From: an uncultured Gammaproteobacteria bacterium | Lineage (GTDB): Bacteria > Patescibacteriota > Microgenomatia > Levybacterales > UBA12049 | DNA length: 59,100 bases | Reading direction: 5' to 3' | Assembly: GCA_964553245.1 (NCBI GenBank) | Contig: CAZKJM010000003.1 | Span: 1 to 59,100, forward strand | Shown: positions 19,932 to 29,616 of the stretch, piece by piece | Layout: each line of letters starts with the position of its first letter | Position numbering within the stretch: position 1 is the first letter of the stretch | Notes under the pieces: model-generated | Told to the model about the DNA's origin: nothing | Database searches by the model: none | The model's input: only the letters and a program-made list of their open reading frames with translations | Position numbers and translations under genes: made by a program

Positions 19932-20834
19932 CTATTGATTAGCTCGAAGAGATTGGTATTTTACTGCTGCTTGTTGTGCTTTTTCCACTAAATCCTGTAT
20001 TTCTTTTATAGCAGCTTCTTCTAATTTAGAAACTTCGCTTTGATTCTTTTTATCCAACTCAAGAGCTTTCTGCTCTTCTTTTTGTATAGTTTCGTTTTGT
20101 TTATTTATTTCCTCTACTAATACTTTTTCTCTATTTTTTAATTCATTTTCCGAAGCTTGCTTTCTTTGCTCCTGTAAATCTAAAAGCGCTTCTTTCAAGC
20201 TTTGTGCGGTATTAGAAGTCTCCTGCATTTGAAGATTTACCTCTCTATTTACGTCATATTTAATTTCATTTGCCAAATCCTCCTCGGAAAGATATTCTTC
20301 CGATTTAATCTTGGCTTCGGTAACCCCCTCCAATGCAGCCTGCAATTGCTTCTTTGTTTCTCCTTCTGCTTTAATAATTAATTCATCCATTACTTCCTGT
20401 TTTAGCTTTATACTATCGTTTATTTCTTTTGCCAAGTCTCTTACGTCTTTTCCGGAAAACTTTGCAGATGCAAGCTGCTCAACTGCATTTTTATAACTTT
20501 GAGAAAGTCCGGCTAATGCAACCCTTAAGCCATCCTCGTTTTGCTTAACTAACATAAACCTAAACTCTGCCATTCTTTCTCCGGCTATGTTGTTATATAC
20601 TTTTGTTTTTGCTTCCGGAGTAAAGGCTAAAAATAACCTTGTATTTTGTTTTAATTGATCAAGAAAATAAAACGGACTATCGGGTAAAATTATTCCGGGG
20701 CCTTCTATTGTTGGAGGCATTGATAATTTACCTGTTTCTGCTCCAAGCACTGCTTTTCTAGAAATCGCAGAGCATGAATTAACGATTGTGAAAAATATAA
20801 CAAATATTATTACAACTCCTATAAATCTTTTCAC
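19932..20834 (-). CDS. DUF5667-like secreted coiled-coil protein
   Basis: Signal/TM, GIILPDSPFYFLD..ERMAE motif, coiled-coil tail. Confidence 0.8.
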   Translation of the reverse strand: MKRFIGVVIIFVIFFTIVNSCSAISRKAVLGAETGKLSMPPTIEGPGIILPDSPFYFLDQLKQNTRLFLAFTPEAKTKVYNNIAGERMAEFRFMLVKQNEDGLRVALAGLSQSYKNAVEQLASAKFSGKDVRDLAKEINDSIKLKQEVMDELIIKAEGETKKQLQAALEGVTEAKIKSEEYLSEEDLANEIKYDVNREVNLQMQETSNTAQSLKEALLDLQEQRKQASENELKNREKVLVEEINKQNETIQKEEQKALELDKKNQSEVSKLEEAAIKEIQDLVEKAQQAAVKYQSLRANQ

Positions 20835-20885
20835 AAATTTAGTATGAACCTAAATATTTATATTTGTCAAGTGTTGTGACAAAAG

Positions 20886-20918
20886 TTGACAACCATATTT
20901 TATCGGATCATAATGATC
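20886..20918 (+). promoter_or_regulatory. Promoter TTGACA-17-CATAAT overlapped by palindrome GATCAT-A-ATGATC
   Basis: Read directly from the sequence; operator role is inferred. Confidence 0.55.
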
Positions 20919-20977
20919 TTTAATATATTATGACCCATTTGACTATCGTTAAGGGTCATGTTGAATAAAATCGAAAT

Positions 20978-21427
20978 ATGACAGCAAGCGCACACGCTTT
21001 AATAGGAACTGTAATTGCGGCAAAAATCGGAAACCCAGTTCTAGGAATTCCTCTTGCAATCGCATCCCACGTAATAGCAGATTCCATACCGCATTGGGAC
21101 ACAGCAACTAATGGTAACGGGAAAGGTTCCGTGCGAATGTTTTACGATACTATAGCCGATGTTTTAATAAGCTTTATTCTTTCCTATTTATTAATTTACT
21201 TTTTGTTTCCAGCTACAAACATAGGCTATGCTTTTCTTTTAGTAATTATGTCTCAAGCCTTGGATTGGCTTACAGTTCCGTTTTATTTTTTTGGGGTTGA
21301 AAAACCCCTTTTTAAATCCGTTTATAAATTTCAAAAAATATTTGACAGAAAACTAGATAAGCCTTGGGGAATTTTAACTCAGGTTATTTTTGTTTCTTTG
21401 GTAATTCTTCTTGGGCTTGTTTTTTAA
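20978..21427 (+). CDS. Membrane protein, metal-dependent hydrolase-like
   Basis: HALIG, SHVIADSIPHWD, QALD motifs; several TM helices. Confidence 0.7.
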   Translation: MTASAHALIGTVIAAKIGNPVLGIPLAIASHVIADSIPHWDTATNGNGKGSVRMFYDTIADVLISFILSYLLIYFLFPATNIGYAFLLVIMSQALDWLTVPFYFFGVEKPLFKSVYKFQKIFDRKLDKPWGILTQVIFVSLVILLGLVF

Positions 21428-23402
21428 TATCCTCCAACTTCCATGCTGCAAAATCACATTTTGGGTAAGTTGAGCAACCATAGAATTTACGACCTTTTCT
21501 TGTTCTTTTGAGGATAATTTTTCCTCCGCATTTTGGACAATTAAATTTAGTTTCCTCAATAAACGGTTTTGTAAATTTACAGTTAGGAAAAGTTTTACAA
21601 GATAAGAATTTTCCGAATCGACCAAGTCTTATTACCAAATTTGAACCACATTCCGGACATTTTTCCGAAGTTTCTTCCACCTTAATCTTTACCCTTTCTG
21701 TATCCTTTGCTTCTTCAAGTGTCTTTTCAAAAGGTTTGTAAAAAGCATTCATAAAAGGAACCCAGTCTTTATTTCCATTTGCAACTTCATCTAATCCATC
21801 TTCCATTTCTGCCGTAAAAGGAATGTCGTCAATCGTAGAAAAATTCTTAACCAAAAAGTCATTTACAGCAACCCCAACAGAAGTTGGAAGAAATCTTCCC
21901 TCAACTCTTTCTATATATTTTCTTGTTTCTATTGTTGAAACAATAGTTGCATAAGTAGATGGCCTTCCTATTCCTTTTTCTTCAAGAGTTGCAATCAATG
22001 ACGCGTCGTTATATCTTGGCGGAGCTTGTGTTTCGTGTTCTAATTCATTTATGCTTTTAATATTCAGGACTTGATTTGCTTTAAAATCCGGCAAAACTTT
22101 ATCGCTTAGAGCCTGCGGTGTCAACTTTAAAAATCCATCAAATAGCAAAATTGAACCATTGGTTTTTAATTTATATTTTTTATTATCGGAGTCTGCAAAT
22201 ACAGTCGTTGACTCAATTATTGCATCATTCATTTGAGAAGCTACTGCTCTTTTCCAGATAAGTTCATAAACCCTGGCATAATCTCTTCCTAAAGTTTCAC
22301 CAATTTCTTCTGCGTTACGGTTAATATGCGTTGGTCTAATTGCCTCATGGGCTTCTTGAGCTAGTTTTTGCTTTGTCGTGTAAAATTTGGGCTTTTCCGG
22401 TAAGTATTTTTTACCATAAATTTTATCTATATAATTCCTAATTGACGTAAGAGCAGAAGTCGCCATTATTACAGAATCTGTTCTGTGATATGTAATAAAG
22501 CCTTCCTCATAAAGTTTTTGCGCAAGAGTCATTGTGCGCCTTCCGGCAAAACCATAACGCCTGGATGCTTCTTGCTGAAGAGTCGATGTTGTAAATGGAG
22601 GAAGCGGTGATCTTTTTGTCTCTTTTTTTAGAACATCTAAAATTTTGTACTTTTCTTGGGACATTTTGGAGATAAAATCCTTTGCCTGATCCAAGCCTCC
22701 TATTAGAGTTTTTTTAAAGCTGTAATTTCCATCGTAAAGGTTAATTACGGTCTGAAACTCAATTTTCTTCCCATCAAGTTCGAATAATTCAAACTCCACG
22801 TCTTTCCCGTCTTCTAGTGTAAAAACGCTTATTGTAAAATATTTTTCTTTTTTAAACTTTTCTATCTCTTTTTCCCGCTCGACAATAAGTCTTAGCGCAA
22901 CTGATTGAACTCTTCCAGCAGATAAACCCCGTCTTACTTTTTGCCATAAAATCGGAGAAATTTTATAGCCTACTAACCTATCCAGAACGCGTCTTGCGGT
23001 TTGCGCCTCAACTAAATGTTCGTCTATTTCCCTGGGGTTTTTAATTGCCTCTTCAATTGCTTCTTTGGTAATTTCATGAAAAACTATTCTTTTGAAATGC
23101 AGTTTTGAACCAAGCAATTCCTTAACATGCGAAGCGATTGCCTCTCCTTCCCTATCCGGATCAGTTGCTAAGATTATTTGATCTACGCTTTTAACAGCTG
23201 ATTTTAACTCACTAATTGTTTTTTTCTTATCTTTTAATTGCTCGTACTGAGGTTGAAAATTGTTCTCGACATCAACGCCTAATGTACTTTTAGGAAGATC
23301 CATAATGTGCCCCATTGAGGCTTTTATTTCGTATCCATCTCCCAAAAATCTTCCGATTGTTTTTGCTTTTGTAGGACTTTCTACTATTACAAGATTTTTC
23401 AT
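21384..23402 (-). CDS. topA: DNA topoisomerase I
   Basis: LVIVESPTKA, ATDPDREGEAI, SAGRVQS, ITYHRTDS, GIGRPSTY, C-terminal Zn ribbons. Confidence 0.99.
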   Translation of the reverse strand: MKNLVIVESPTKAKTIGRFLGDGYEIKASMGHIMDLPKSTLGVDVENNFQPQYEQLKDKKKTISELKSAVKSVDQIILATDPDREGEAIASHVKELLGSKLHFKRIVFHEITKEAIEEAIKNPREIDEHLVEAQTARRVLDRLVGYKISPILWQKVRRGLSAGRVQSVALRLIVEREKEIEKFKKEKYFTISVFTLEDGKDVEFELFELDGKKIEFQTVINLYDGNYSFKKTLIGGLDQAKDFISKMSQEKYKILDVLKKETKRSPLPPFTTSTLQQEASRRYGFAGRRTMTLAQKLYEEGFITYHRTDSVIMATSALTSIRNYIDKIYGKKYLPEKPKFYTTKQKLAQEAHEAIRPTHINRNAEEIGETLGRDYARVYELIWKRAVASQMNDAIIESTTVFADSDNKKYKLKTNGSILLFDGFLKLTPQALSDKVLPDFKANQVLNIKSINELEHETQAPPRYNDASLIATLEEKGIGRPSTYATIVSTIETRKYIERVEGRFLPTSVGVAVNDFLVKNFSTIDDIPFTAEMEDGLDEVANGNKDWVPFMNAFYKPFEKTLEEAKDTERVKIKVEETSEKCPECGSNLVIRLGRFGKFLSCKTFPNCKFTKPFIEETKFNCPKCGGKIILKRTRKGRKFYGCSTYPKCDFAAWKLEDIKKQAQEELPKKQK

Positions 23403-24478
23403 CTTAGATCATAAATACCGTTTTCATTGTTAACATAACCTTTCATCTCCAGTAAAGAAAGAGTGCTTCCGATAACTGACGGTTCAAGTTTTAATCTTCT
23501 AACAATCTCATCAAAATGTAAAGACTCATTTTCTAATATTTTGATAATTTCCTGTTCTTCCCTTGTATTCCCTTTTATCTTTAATTTTTTATTTGCATTT
23601 TTAATGTTTGATTTTTGATACTTAAATTCTTTTAAGATGTCTTCCGCAGATGTTACCAATTTTGCTCCTTTTTGAATCAATTTATAAGGACCTTTTGAAA
23701 ATCTTGAGTTAATCGGACCTGGTACTGCAAAAACCTTGCGGTTAAATTTAAAAGCATAATCTGCGGTTATTAATGATCCACTGTCCTCCTCCCCTTCGGT
23801 TACCAAAACTCCCAAAGAAAGACCGGCAATAATTCTATTTCTTGCAGGAAATAATCCTTTGGTTGGTGTTTGACCTAAGGGAACTTCCGAAACAATTGCC
23901 CCGGAATTTTTAACTATACTATTATATATATTAATATTTGTAGAAGGGTGACACACATCAACGCCCGATCCTAAAACTGCAATAGTCTTACCCTCTTGTT
24001 CAATTGCAGTAGTAGCAGCAACTGCATCAACGCCCAATGCTAACCCCGATACTATCGTAAAACAGTTTTGAACCAGTCCTTGTGTAATAATTTTTGTTAC
24101 TTCCCTGCCATATTGCGTTGTTTTTCTGGCTCCGACAACAGCAATAATTCTGTCATTAATCGGAAGCTTCCCTTTTCCATATAAAACAATCGGAGGGTTG
24201 CTAATTTCTTTTAAAAGCTTTGGATAGTTCTTGTCATTTAAGCACAAAAACCAAACTTTTTTCTTTACTAACTTTCTTTCGTAATCTGTTAATGAAAAGT
24301 TATTTCTGAACTTATCAAATTTAAAGGCTAATTTTTTTCCGATTATTTTTGAAAGATCATCTATAGACGAATACCAAATATTTTTTGCTGACCCAAATTC
24401 GATTAATAAAGTTTTGAATTTAATCGGACCAATTCCGGAAAATGCAGAAAACCCCAAATAGTATTTTTTATCGTCCAC
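23399..24478 (-). CDS. dprA: DNA-processing protein DprA
   Basis: YPKLLKEI..PP, AVVGAR, IVSGLALGVD, FPARNRIIAGLS, GSLITA; GTG start. Confidence 0.98.
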   Translation of the reverse strand: MDDKKYYLGFSAFSGIGPIKFKTLLIEFGSAKNIWYSSIDDLSKIIGKKLAFKFDKFRNNFSLTDYERKLVKKKVWFLCLNDKNYPKLLKEISNPPIVLYGKGKLPINDRIIAVVGARKTTQYGREVTKIITQGLVQNCFTIVSGLALGVDAVAATTAIEQEGKTIAVLGSGVDVCHPSTNINIYNSIVKNSGAIVSEVPLGQTPTKGLFPARNRIIAGLSLGVLVTEGEEDSGSLITADYAFKFNRKVFAVPGPINSRFSKGPYKLIQKGAKLVTSAEDILKEFKYQKSNIKNANKKLKIKGNTREEQEIIKILENESLHFDEIVRRLKLEPSVIGSTLSLLEMKGYVNNENGIYDLR

Positions 24479-24525
24479 TTAATAAGTGTAGCTTTTTTTA
24501 GAAGTTTATTGAAGATGTTTTGTTT

Positions 24526-24996
24526 TTAAACTGGATTTTCTATAACGTGTAAATTTTCTCTTTTTTCATAGATGTAATCCAGTAATTCTCTATACTTTTC
24601 CAAATCAGAAACAAAAGGATCTCTTCTTTGTTCAGAATGAGGTAAAGAAGAACATATCTCCGCAACTCCATCTGTAATTTTTAAAAATCTAAGCGTTTCT
24701 TCTAAATACACTGTAGATTTTGATCCTTCTTTGTTACTTTTTGTTAAGACAACAACAACATCGGGGTTAATTCCATTAATTTTACTTCCTTCCGGCACTG
24801 GTATGCCCAATTTTAATACCATCTCTTCTTTTTGTTGATCAAAAAAATGATCGAAGATTTTTGCAATGGTTTCTGTAAGTTTTGCCGGCTGATTACCCTC
24901 TAAGTTTAATGTCCCATCGTATTTTAAATGACGATTGTCTATAACTTTACTTACTGCCGTTGGTAACAAACCTCTTCGACTTTCTATGTTTCCCAT
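24526..24996 (-). CDS. Hypothetical protein
   Basis: 156-aa ORF with a promoter-like TTGAAA..TAAAAT upstream. Confidence 0.7.
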   Translation of the reverse strand: MGNIESRRGLLPTAVSKVIDNRHLKYDGTLNLEGNQPAKLTETIAKIFDHFFDQQKEEMVLKLGIPVPEGSKINGINPDVVVVLTKSNKEGSKSTVYLEETLRFLKITDGVAEICSSLPHSEQRRDPFVSDLEKYRELLDYIYEKRENLHVIENPV

Positions 24997-25046
24997 TTAT
25001 GTTATTTTAACAAACTAAATCTGTTTTTCAAGGGTTAAATTAAAAA

Positions 25047-25151
25047 TTATTTTTCAGAAAAATAAGCCTCGAGGATTTTTTTAGTAATTGACGCTGCAAT
25101 ATTTGATCCCTCGCCACTTTCTTCTGCCAAAACCGTTACTACAATTTGCGG
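25047..25151 (-). pseudogene. Displaced alternative 3' end of mrdA (PQIVVTVLAEESGEGSNIAASITKKILEAYFSEK*)
   Basis: The first 34 nt (25151-25118) are identical to mrdA 26593-26560; the remaining 23 codons are 14/23 identical to the current PBP2 C-terminus. Confidence 0.9.
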
Positions 25152-25170
25152 GCAAAAATCAAAAAAAATT

Positions 25171-26469
25171 CTATTTTTTAGGAGCAAAAGAACTTAATTT
25201 TCTTACTGCTTCTTCTGAACTTTTTTCAATAATTTGATCTAACTTTCTGCCTTCTTGAGCCCCGGGCTTTGATAAACTAAGCAATATTCTTCTGTACCAT
25301 TTTTCATGTAAATTAGGTATTAAAGAAAATCCGCGAGCCCATTTTCCTTTTTCTTCTTCTGACAAAAGACTGAATTTATTTTTAATAGCCTCTATTGCCA
25401 TATCAACGTCCGGTCCAGACTCCATTTGCCTACAAAAACTAAAAAAATCCTCCATATATTTTACTAACAAAACCGGATCGGATATCGGGTCTTTTCTTAG
25501 TATCGCATCTACAAATTCCAATTGCTCTACTACTGCCGGAAGAATTACTTCATTTGTAAAATATTGAGTATCATATTGAGAATAAATATTTTTTGTCAAA
25601 GCAGAATTTCTAAACATTCTCATATGCTCCAAAACGTTCCTAGCTTGATCTTTTCTGTCTGTATTTTTTATCTGGTCATCTGTTCTTTCGAAAGGAGTAA
25701 AATGATGAATAAAATCTTCTTTTTCGTCTTCTTTTACCTGATGAAATCCTTCTTGTGAATAATCTTCTGTCGGAGTTGCTTTTGTCAGCATATGCCTTGC
25801 CATTCCCTGCATTCCTTGAATATCAACTCTATCTGTCCATCTTGTTAACCAAACTCCCCACCTGTTTTCATCTATGATCTCATCCTCATAAGGTTTTTTA
25901 GTAACAGTTTCTCCGTCCTTTACAACCTCTATGTCTCTTGTGTAGTGAGTGTGAGCTGCAATTGCATAGCAGACTAGTTTTCTTAGGTTAGGCGGAATGA
26001 GGTCTTTTGAAATTTTGTCAAATAAAGCTGCTCCGACTTCTGCATGCCCAGAAAATCTTTTTGATTCTTGATATCTATCTACTACAGAATTTCCAATATC
26101 GTGAAAGACCGCACCAAAAAGACCAACTGTTTTTTCCACATAATCGATTTCTTTTAGTGAGGGATCGTTTTTTAAAACAATAACAATATTTATTAAATCT
26201 CTATAGACATGCCCTTGACTATGACCTGCTTTCGCTTCTTTTATGTAAGGCTTAAATCTTTCCAGTAGCTTAAGTGTAACATCCGGATCTAAGCCTTCGA
26301 TTTCTTCAGCTGCTACTTGTTTTATTTCTTTCCATTTCGACAAAGGTTCAACTTCTTCTCTTAATTTTTTAGTCCAATTAAAAGTCTCCTTGTCATTTTC
26401 TGAAAAAAATTTTTTATAGTCCTCTATTTTCCCACTTTCTGGTAATTCTGACCGTATAAACTCAGTCAT
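25171..26469 (-). CDS. HD-domain protein
   Basis: GHSQGH ... FHDIG ... GHAEVG ... AAHTH ... TDR pattern. Confidence 0.85.
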   Translation of the reverse strand: MTEFIRSELPESGKIEDYKKFFSENDKETFNWTKKLREEVEPLSKWKEIKQVAAEEIEGLDPDVTLKLLERFKPYIKEAKAGHSQGHVYRDLINIVIVLKNDPSLKEIDYVEKTVGLFGAVFHDIGNSVVDRYQESKRFSGHAEVGAALFDKISKDLIPPNLRKLVCYAIAAHTHYTRDIEVVKDGETVTKKPYEDEIIDENRWGVWLTRWTDRVDIQGMQGMARHMLTKATPTEDYSQEGFHQVKEDEKEDFIHHFTPFERTDDQIKNTDRKDQARNVLEHMRMFRNSALTKNIYSQYDTQYFTNEVILPAVVEQLEFVDAILRKDPISDPVLLVKYMEDFFSFCRQMESGPDVDMAIEAIKNKFSLLSEEEKGKWARGFSLIPNLHEKWYRRILLSLSKPGAQEGRKLDQIIEKSSEEAVRKLSSFAPKK

Positions 26470-26476
26470 CTTCTAA

Positions 26477-28267
26477 TTATAATTTATTTTTTATATTCTT
26501 AAAATATTCTTCCAATATTTTTTTGGAGATTGGACCAGCTACATTAGAACCTTCCCCGGTTTCTTCTGCCAAAACCGTTACTACAATTTGCGGATCATAC
26601 GCTGGAGCAAAAAGGGTAATCCATGAATGCGGTAGTGTTTGCTCGCCTCCGTGCTGGGCGGTTCCAGTCTTACAAGCGATTGAAATTTCTCTCATGTCTG
26701 CTGAACCAGAAGAAATTGGTACTTCCATAAAGTTTTTTCCATCTACTTTTAAGTCTTTATTTTTTACTTTAAAATTAAATAAAGGCCATGCAACTCCCCC
26801 CTCGCTACAACTTTCTATCATTCCCTGCTTTATTAAACCAATTGTTTTATCGCTTAAAAATCTTTTATTATTTTCCGTTATTTTTTTATTTTTTAGTAAA
26901 TGCGGTTGATAAAATTTTCCATCATTAGCAATTGCTTCTGTTAAGGAATTAACCTGAAGAGGCGTTGTTAATAAATACCCTTGTCCTATTCCGTAATGGT
27001 ATGTATCCCCTAAGTACCATTGTTCCCCAATTGTTTTTTCCTTCCATTCGGGATTTGGAACAGTTCCACCCACCTCTCCCGGCAAATCTATCCCTAAAGC
27101 TTCTCCTAGACCGAATTTTTTTGCCCATTTAGAAATATTATTAACTCCGATTTTTTCTGCTAATTTATAAAAGAAAATATCATTTGATCTTTTTATTCCT
27201 TTTACAATATCTACTTCTCCTTCTTTTCCTCCATAACTTGTGTAATACCAGTTGGCAAAAGAAAAATCGCCTATTTTTAAGACTCCCGTATCCTCTATGG
27301 TATAATTTTCGTCTATTATATTCTCCTCTAAACCGGCAGCTGCAACAACAAGCTTAAAAGTTGAGCCGGGAGGATACATTCCCGAAATTGTCCTATTTAA
27401 CATTGTTTGATATTTCGTATCTGTAAGAATTTCCTTAAGACTTGCTGAATCAGATGATTGATTATATTTAGAACCCATTGTAAATAAATTTGGATCAAAA
27501 CTTGGCTTAGAAACTAAAGCTAAAATCTCCCCTTTTGTGTTTGAGATGACAACAGCACCTCTTTTTATATCTTTCATAGCATTGTTAGTAGCTTCCTGAA
27601 GCTTTATATCCAAAGTAAGCTTTATGTTTTGTCCCGAAACCGGATCTGTCTGCCCTAGCTTTCTTACCTCTTTTCCAAAACTATCCACTTCAAATAGTTG
27701 TTTTCCGTTTGTCCCTCTTAGTCTTTCTTCATACTCGTTTTCTATACCCATTTTTCCAATTAAATCACCGGATTTGTAATCCACAAATTTTGAATTTTTT
27801 AATTCTTCTTCCGAAATTTGACCAATATAGCCTAAAACGTGAGAAGCGCTCTCTTTATATGGATATTCACGCAAGACATCCATTTCGAATCCCTGTTCGC
27901 CTTTTGCCATTAAATTTACAACCTCGTCTTTTTCTAAAATTTTTGTTTTTCCGTTTACGGTTTTTCTAAACCCCGGAACATTAAACACCAGTGGAGTGTT
28001 GTTTCTGTCTAAAATAATTCCTCTTGGAGCATGGATAATTACCGTTTTAATCCTATTGCTATCGGCTAAATATCTATAATAGGAACCTTTTATCACCTGG
28101 AGATAAAAAAGTTTTAAAAATATTGCTGCAATTATAACCACCAAACAAACTAAAAGAAAATACTCTCTTGTAAAAGCACTTTTAAAACCACTTTCTCCTG
28201 ATCGTTTTTTTGATTTATCCAAATAAATAAATTCCGGAAACGCTGCACCGATTTTATTTTTATACAT
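26477..28267 (-). CDS. mrdA: Penicillin-binding protein 2
   Basis: APRGIILDRN, PPGSTFK (SxxK), SND (SxD/N), KTGTAQ (KTG). Confidence 0.97.
   Translation of the reverse strand: MYKNKIGAAFPEFIYLDKSKKRSGESGFKSAFTREYFLLVCLVVIIAAIFLKLFYLQVIKGSYYRYLADSNRIKTVIIHAPRGIILDRNNTPLVFNVPGFRKTVNGKTKILEKDEVVNLMAKGEQGFEMDVLREYPYKESASHVLGYIGQISEEELKNSKFVDYKSGDLIGKMGIENEYEERLRGTNGKQLFEVDSFGKEVRKLGQTDPVSGQNIKLTLDIKLQEATNNAMKDIKRGAVVISNTKGEILALVSKPSFDPNLFTMGSKYNQSSDSASLKEILTDTKYQTMLNRTISGMYPPGSTFKLVVAAAGLEENIIDENYTIEDTGVLKIGDFSFANWYYTSYGGKEGEVDIVKGIKRSNDIFFYKLAEKIGVNNISKWAKKFGLGEALGIDLPGEVGGTVPNPEWKEKTIGEQWYLGDTYHYGIGQGYLLTTPLQVNSLTEAIANDGKFYQPHLLKNKKITENNKRFLSDKTIGLIKQGMIESCSEGGVAWPLFNFKVKNKDLKVDGKNFMEVPISSGSADMREISIACKTGTAQHGGEQTLPHSWITLFAPAYDPQIVVTVLAEETGEGSNVAGPISKKILEEYFKNIKNKL
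26560..26593. repeat. 34-bp exact direct repeat (partner at 25118-25151)
   Basis: TTTCTTCTGCCAAAACCGTTACTACAATTTGCGG present twice, 1442 bp apart. Confidence 0.97.
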
Positions 28268-28275
28268 AATCTATT

Positions 28276-28701
28276 TTATTCGAATTTATATTTTTTTGTT
28301 TTTATTTCAGAGATCAAAAGCAGCTTAAATATCAAAAGAGTTAAAAAGCTACAAAAAATGCTTTGAATAAATGCATTTTGAATCCCAAAAAAAAGCAAGT
28401 ATATTAAGCTTCCTAAAAATGAACTTATTAAAATAAACGCACTTGTGGAAGTTTCAAATTTATTTTCGTAAAGACTGATAATAATTAAAAAAAATAAAAA
28501 AATTACACTTGTTAATCCGAGATCTCTAACTAACATTAAGTCTAAAATTAAACCAACAATAAGGGCAATCCAAAATAAAATATTTTTTCTTAAAAAAACC
28601 ATTAATATTAAAAAAGAGGATAATACTAGAGGCAATGTTGTAATTGTACCTTCAGCAATAATAGACAAAAATAATATCAACCAAATAATCCATTGCTTCA
28701 T
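28276..28701 (-). CDS. mreD: Rod shape-determining protein MreD
   Basis: Polytopic membrane protein with a GLILDL motif, between mreC and mrdA. Confidence 0.8.
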   Translation of the reverse strand: MKQWIIWLILFLSIIAEGTITTLPLVLSSFLILMVFLRKNILFWIALIVGLILDLMLVRDLGLTSVIFLFFLIIISLYENKFETSTSAFILISSFLGSLIYLLFFGIQNAFIQSIFCSFLTLLIFKLLLISEIKTKKYKFE

Positions 28702-29489
28702 CGGCTTCCTTTATAAACAAAAACTATATTTAGTTTCGTAAAATCAAGCATGCTTTTTACTTCCGCATTCTGAAAAAGCGCGCTGGGATTTTTATCTATG
28801 GAAATTATTTTTCCAACAATTAGATCAGGTGGAAAACCTACTCCGTCGATGTTTAAATCCCCTTTTGTAAAAACGATATCTGAATTTTTTAAAGGTTCCG
28901 ATAAAAGAACATTGCCTAAAATCATTTCTCCTCCACCAAGTCCTTTTACGAGTCCTATTGCGTTTTTAGATCCTGTTTTTACAGCAAGTGTCATATTGGG
29001 ATTCGTAATTAAAGATACTATTGATTTTGACGAATCAATTCTTGTTATTTTTCCAACTAAATTATCTTTGTATAAAACAGCATTGCCGACTTTTAAACCG
29101 TCGTCTAATCCCTTGTCTAGTATTAAATTTTCTGGATACGAAACATTTGGAATAAAACTCGGAAACCCAATAACTTTTGCTGGAAGTAGATTTTGTGCCT
29201 CAGGCTTTTGAACCGAAAATTGATCTCTTAAGGCATAATTATCTTTTTCCAATTTTTCTAAATCTGTTTTTATTTTTAAAAAGTCTAAGTTTTCTTCAGT
29301 TAATTTTAAGTTTTCCTGATTGTTAAAAAGTAAACCAAAAGACTGATAAAAACTCTTTTGTATTGGGAATAAAATTCTTGAAAAAAATGACGTTATACCA
29401 TTTGTAATACCAAAGTTTGATAAAAGTATGATTAAAAATGTTAAAAAAATTACGATTAAAAATACAGTTATTTTGCTTTTCTTAAGCAT
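28698..29489 (-). CDS. mreC: Rod shape-determining protein MreC
   Basis: TM, coiled coil, ILDKG..DG, LVGKI, FPPDLIVG, FQNAEV; ATG 29489 is the likelier start. Confidence 0.93.
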   Translation of the reverse strand: MLKKSKITVFLIVIFLTFLIILLSNFGITNGITSFFSRILFPIQKSFYQSFGLLFNNQENLKLTEENLDFLKIKTDLEKLEKDNYALRDQFSVQKPEAQNLLPAKVIGFPSFIPNVSYPENLILDKGLDDGLKVGNAVLYKDNLVGKITRIDSSKSIVSLITNPNMTLAVKTGSKNAIGLVKGLGGGEMILGNVLLSEPLKNSDIVFTKGDLNIDGVGFPPDLIVGKIISIDKNPSALFQNAEVKSMLDFTKLNIVFVYKGSR

Positions 29490-29616
29490 AATCACTATTT
29501 TAACCCTTTTTGAACTATTGAACAAGCGAAGACAACATTAATTATCAATTAACAATAAATAACTAATTAATCAAATCTCAAACGCCTGAAAATTTAAAAT
29601 TAAAGCAGAAAACAAA

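Noticed and set aside
29545-29600. Heptamer array between mreB and mreC
   Set aside because: Period-7 pattern is too degenerate to separate from AT-rich background by eye
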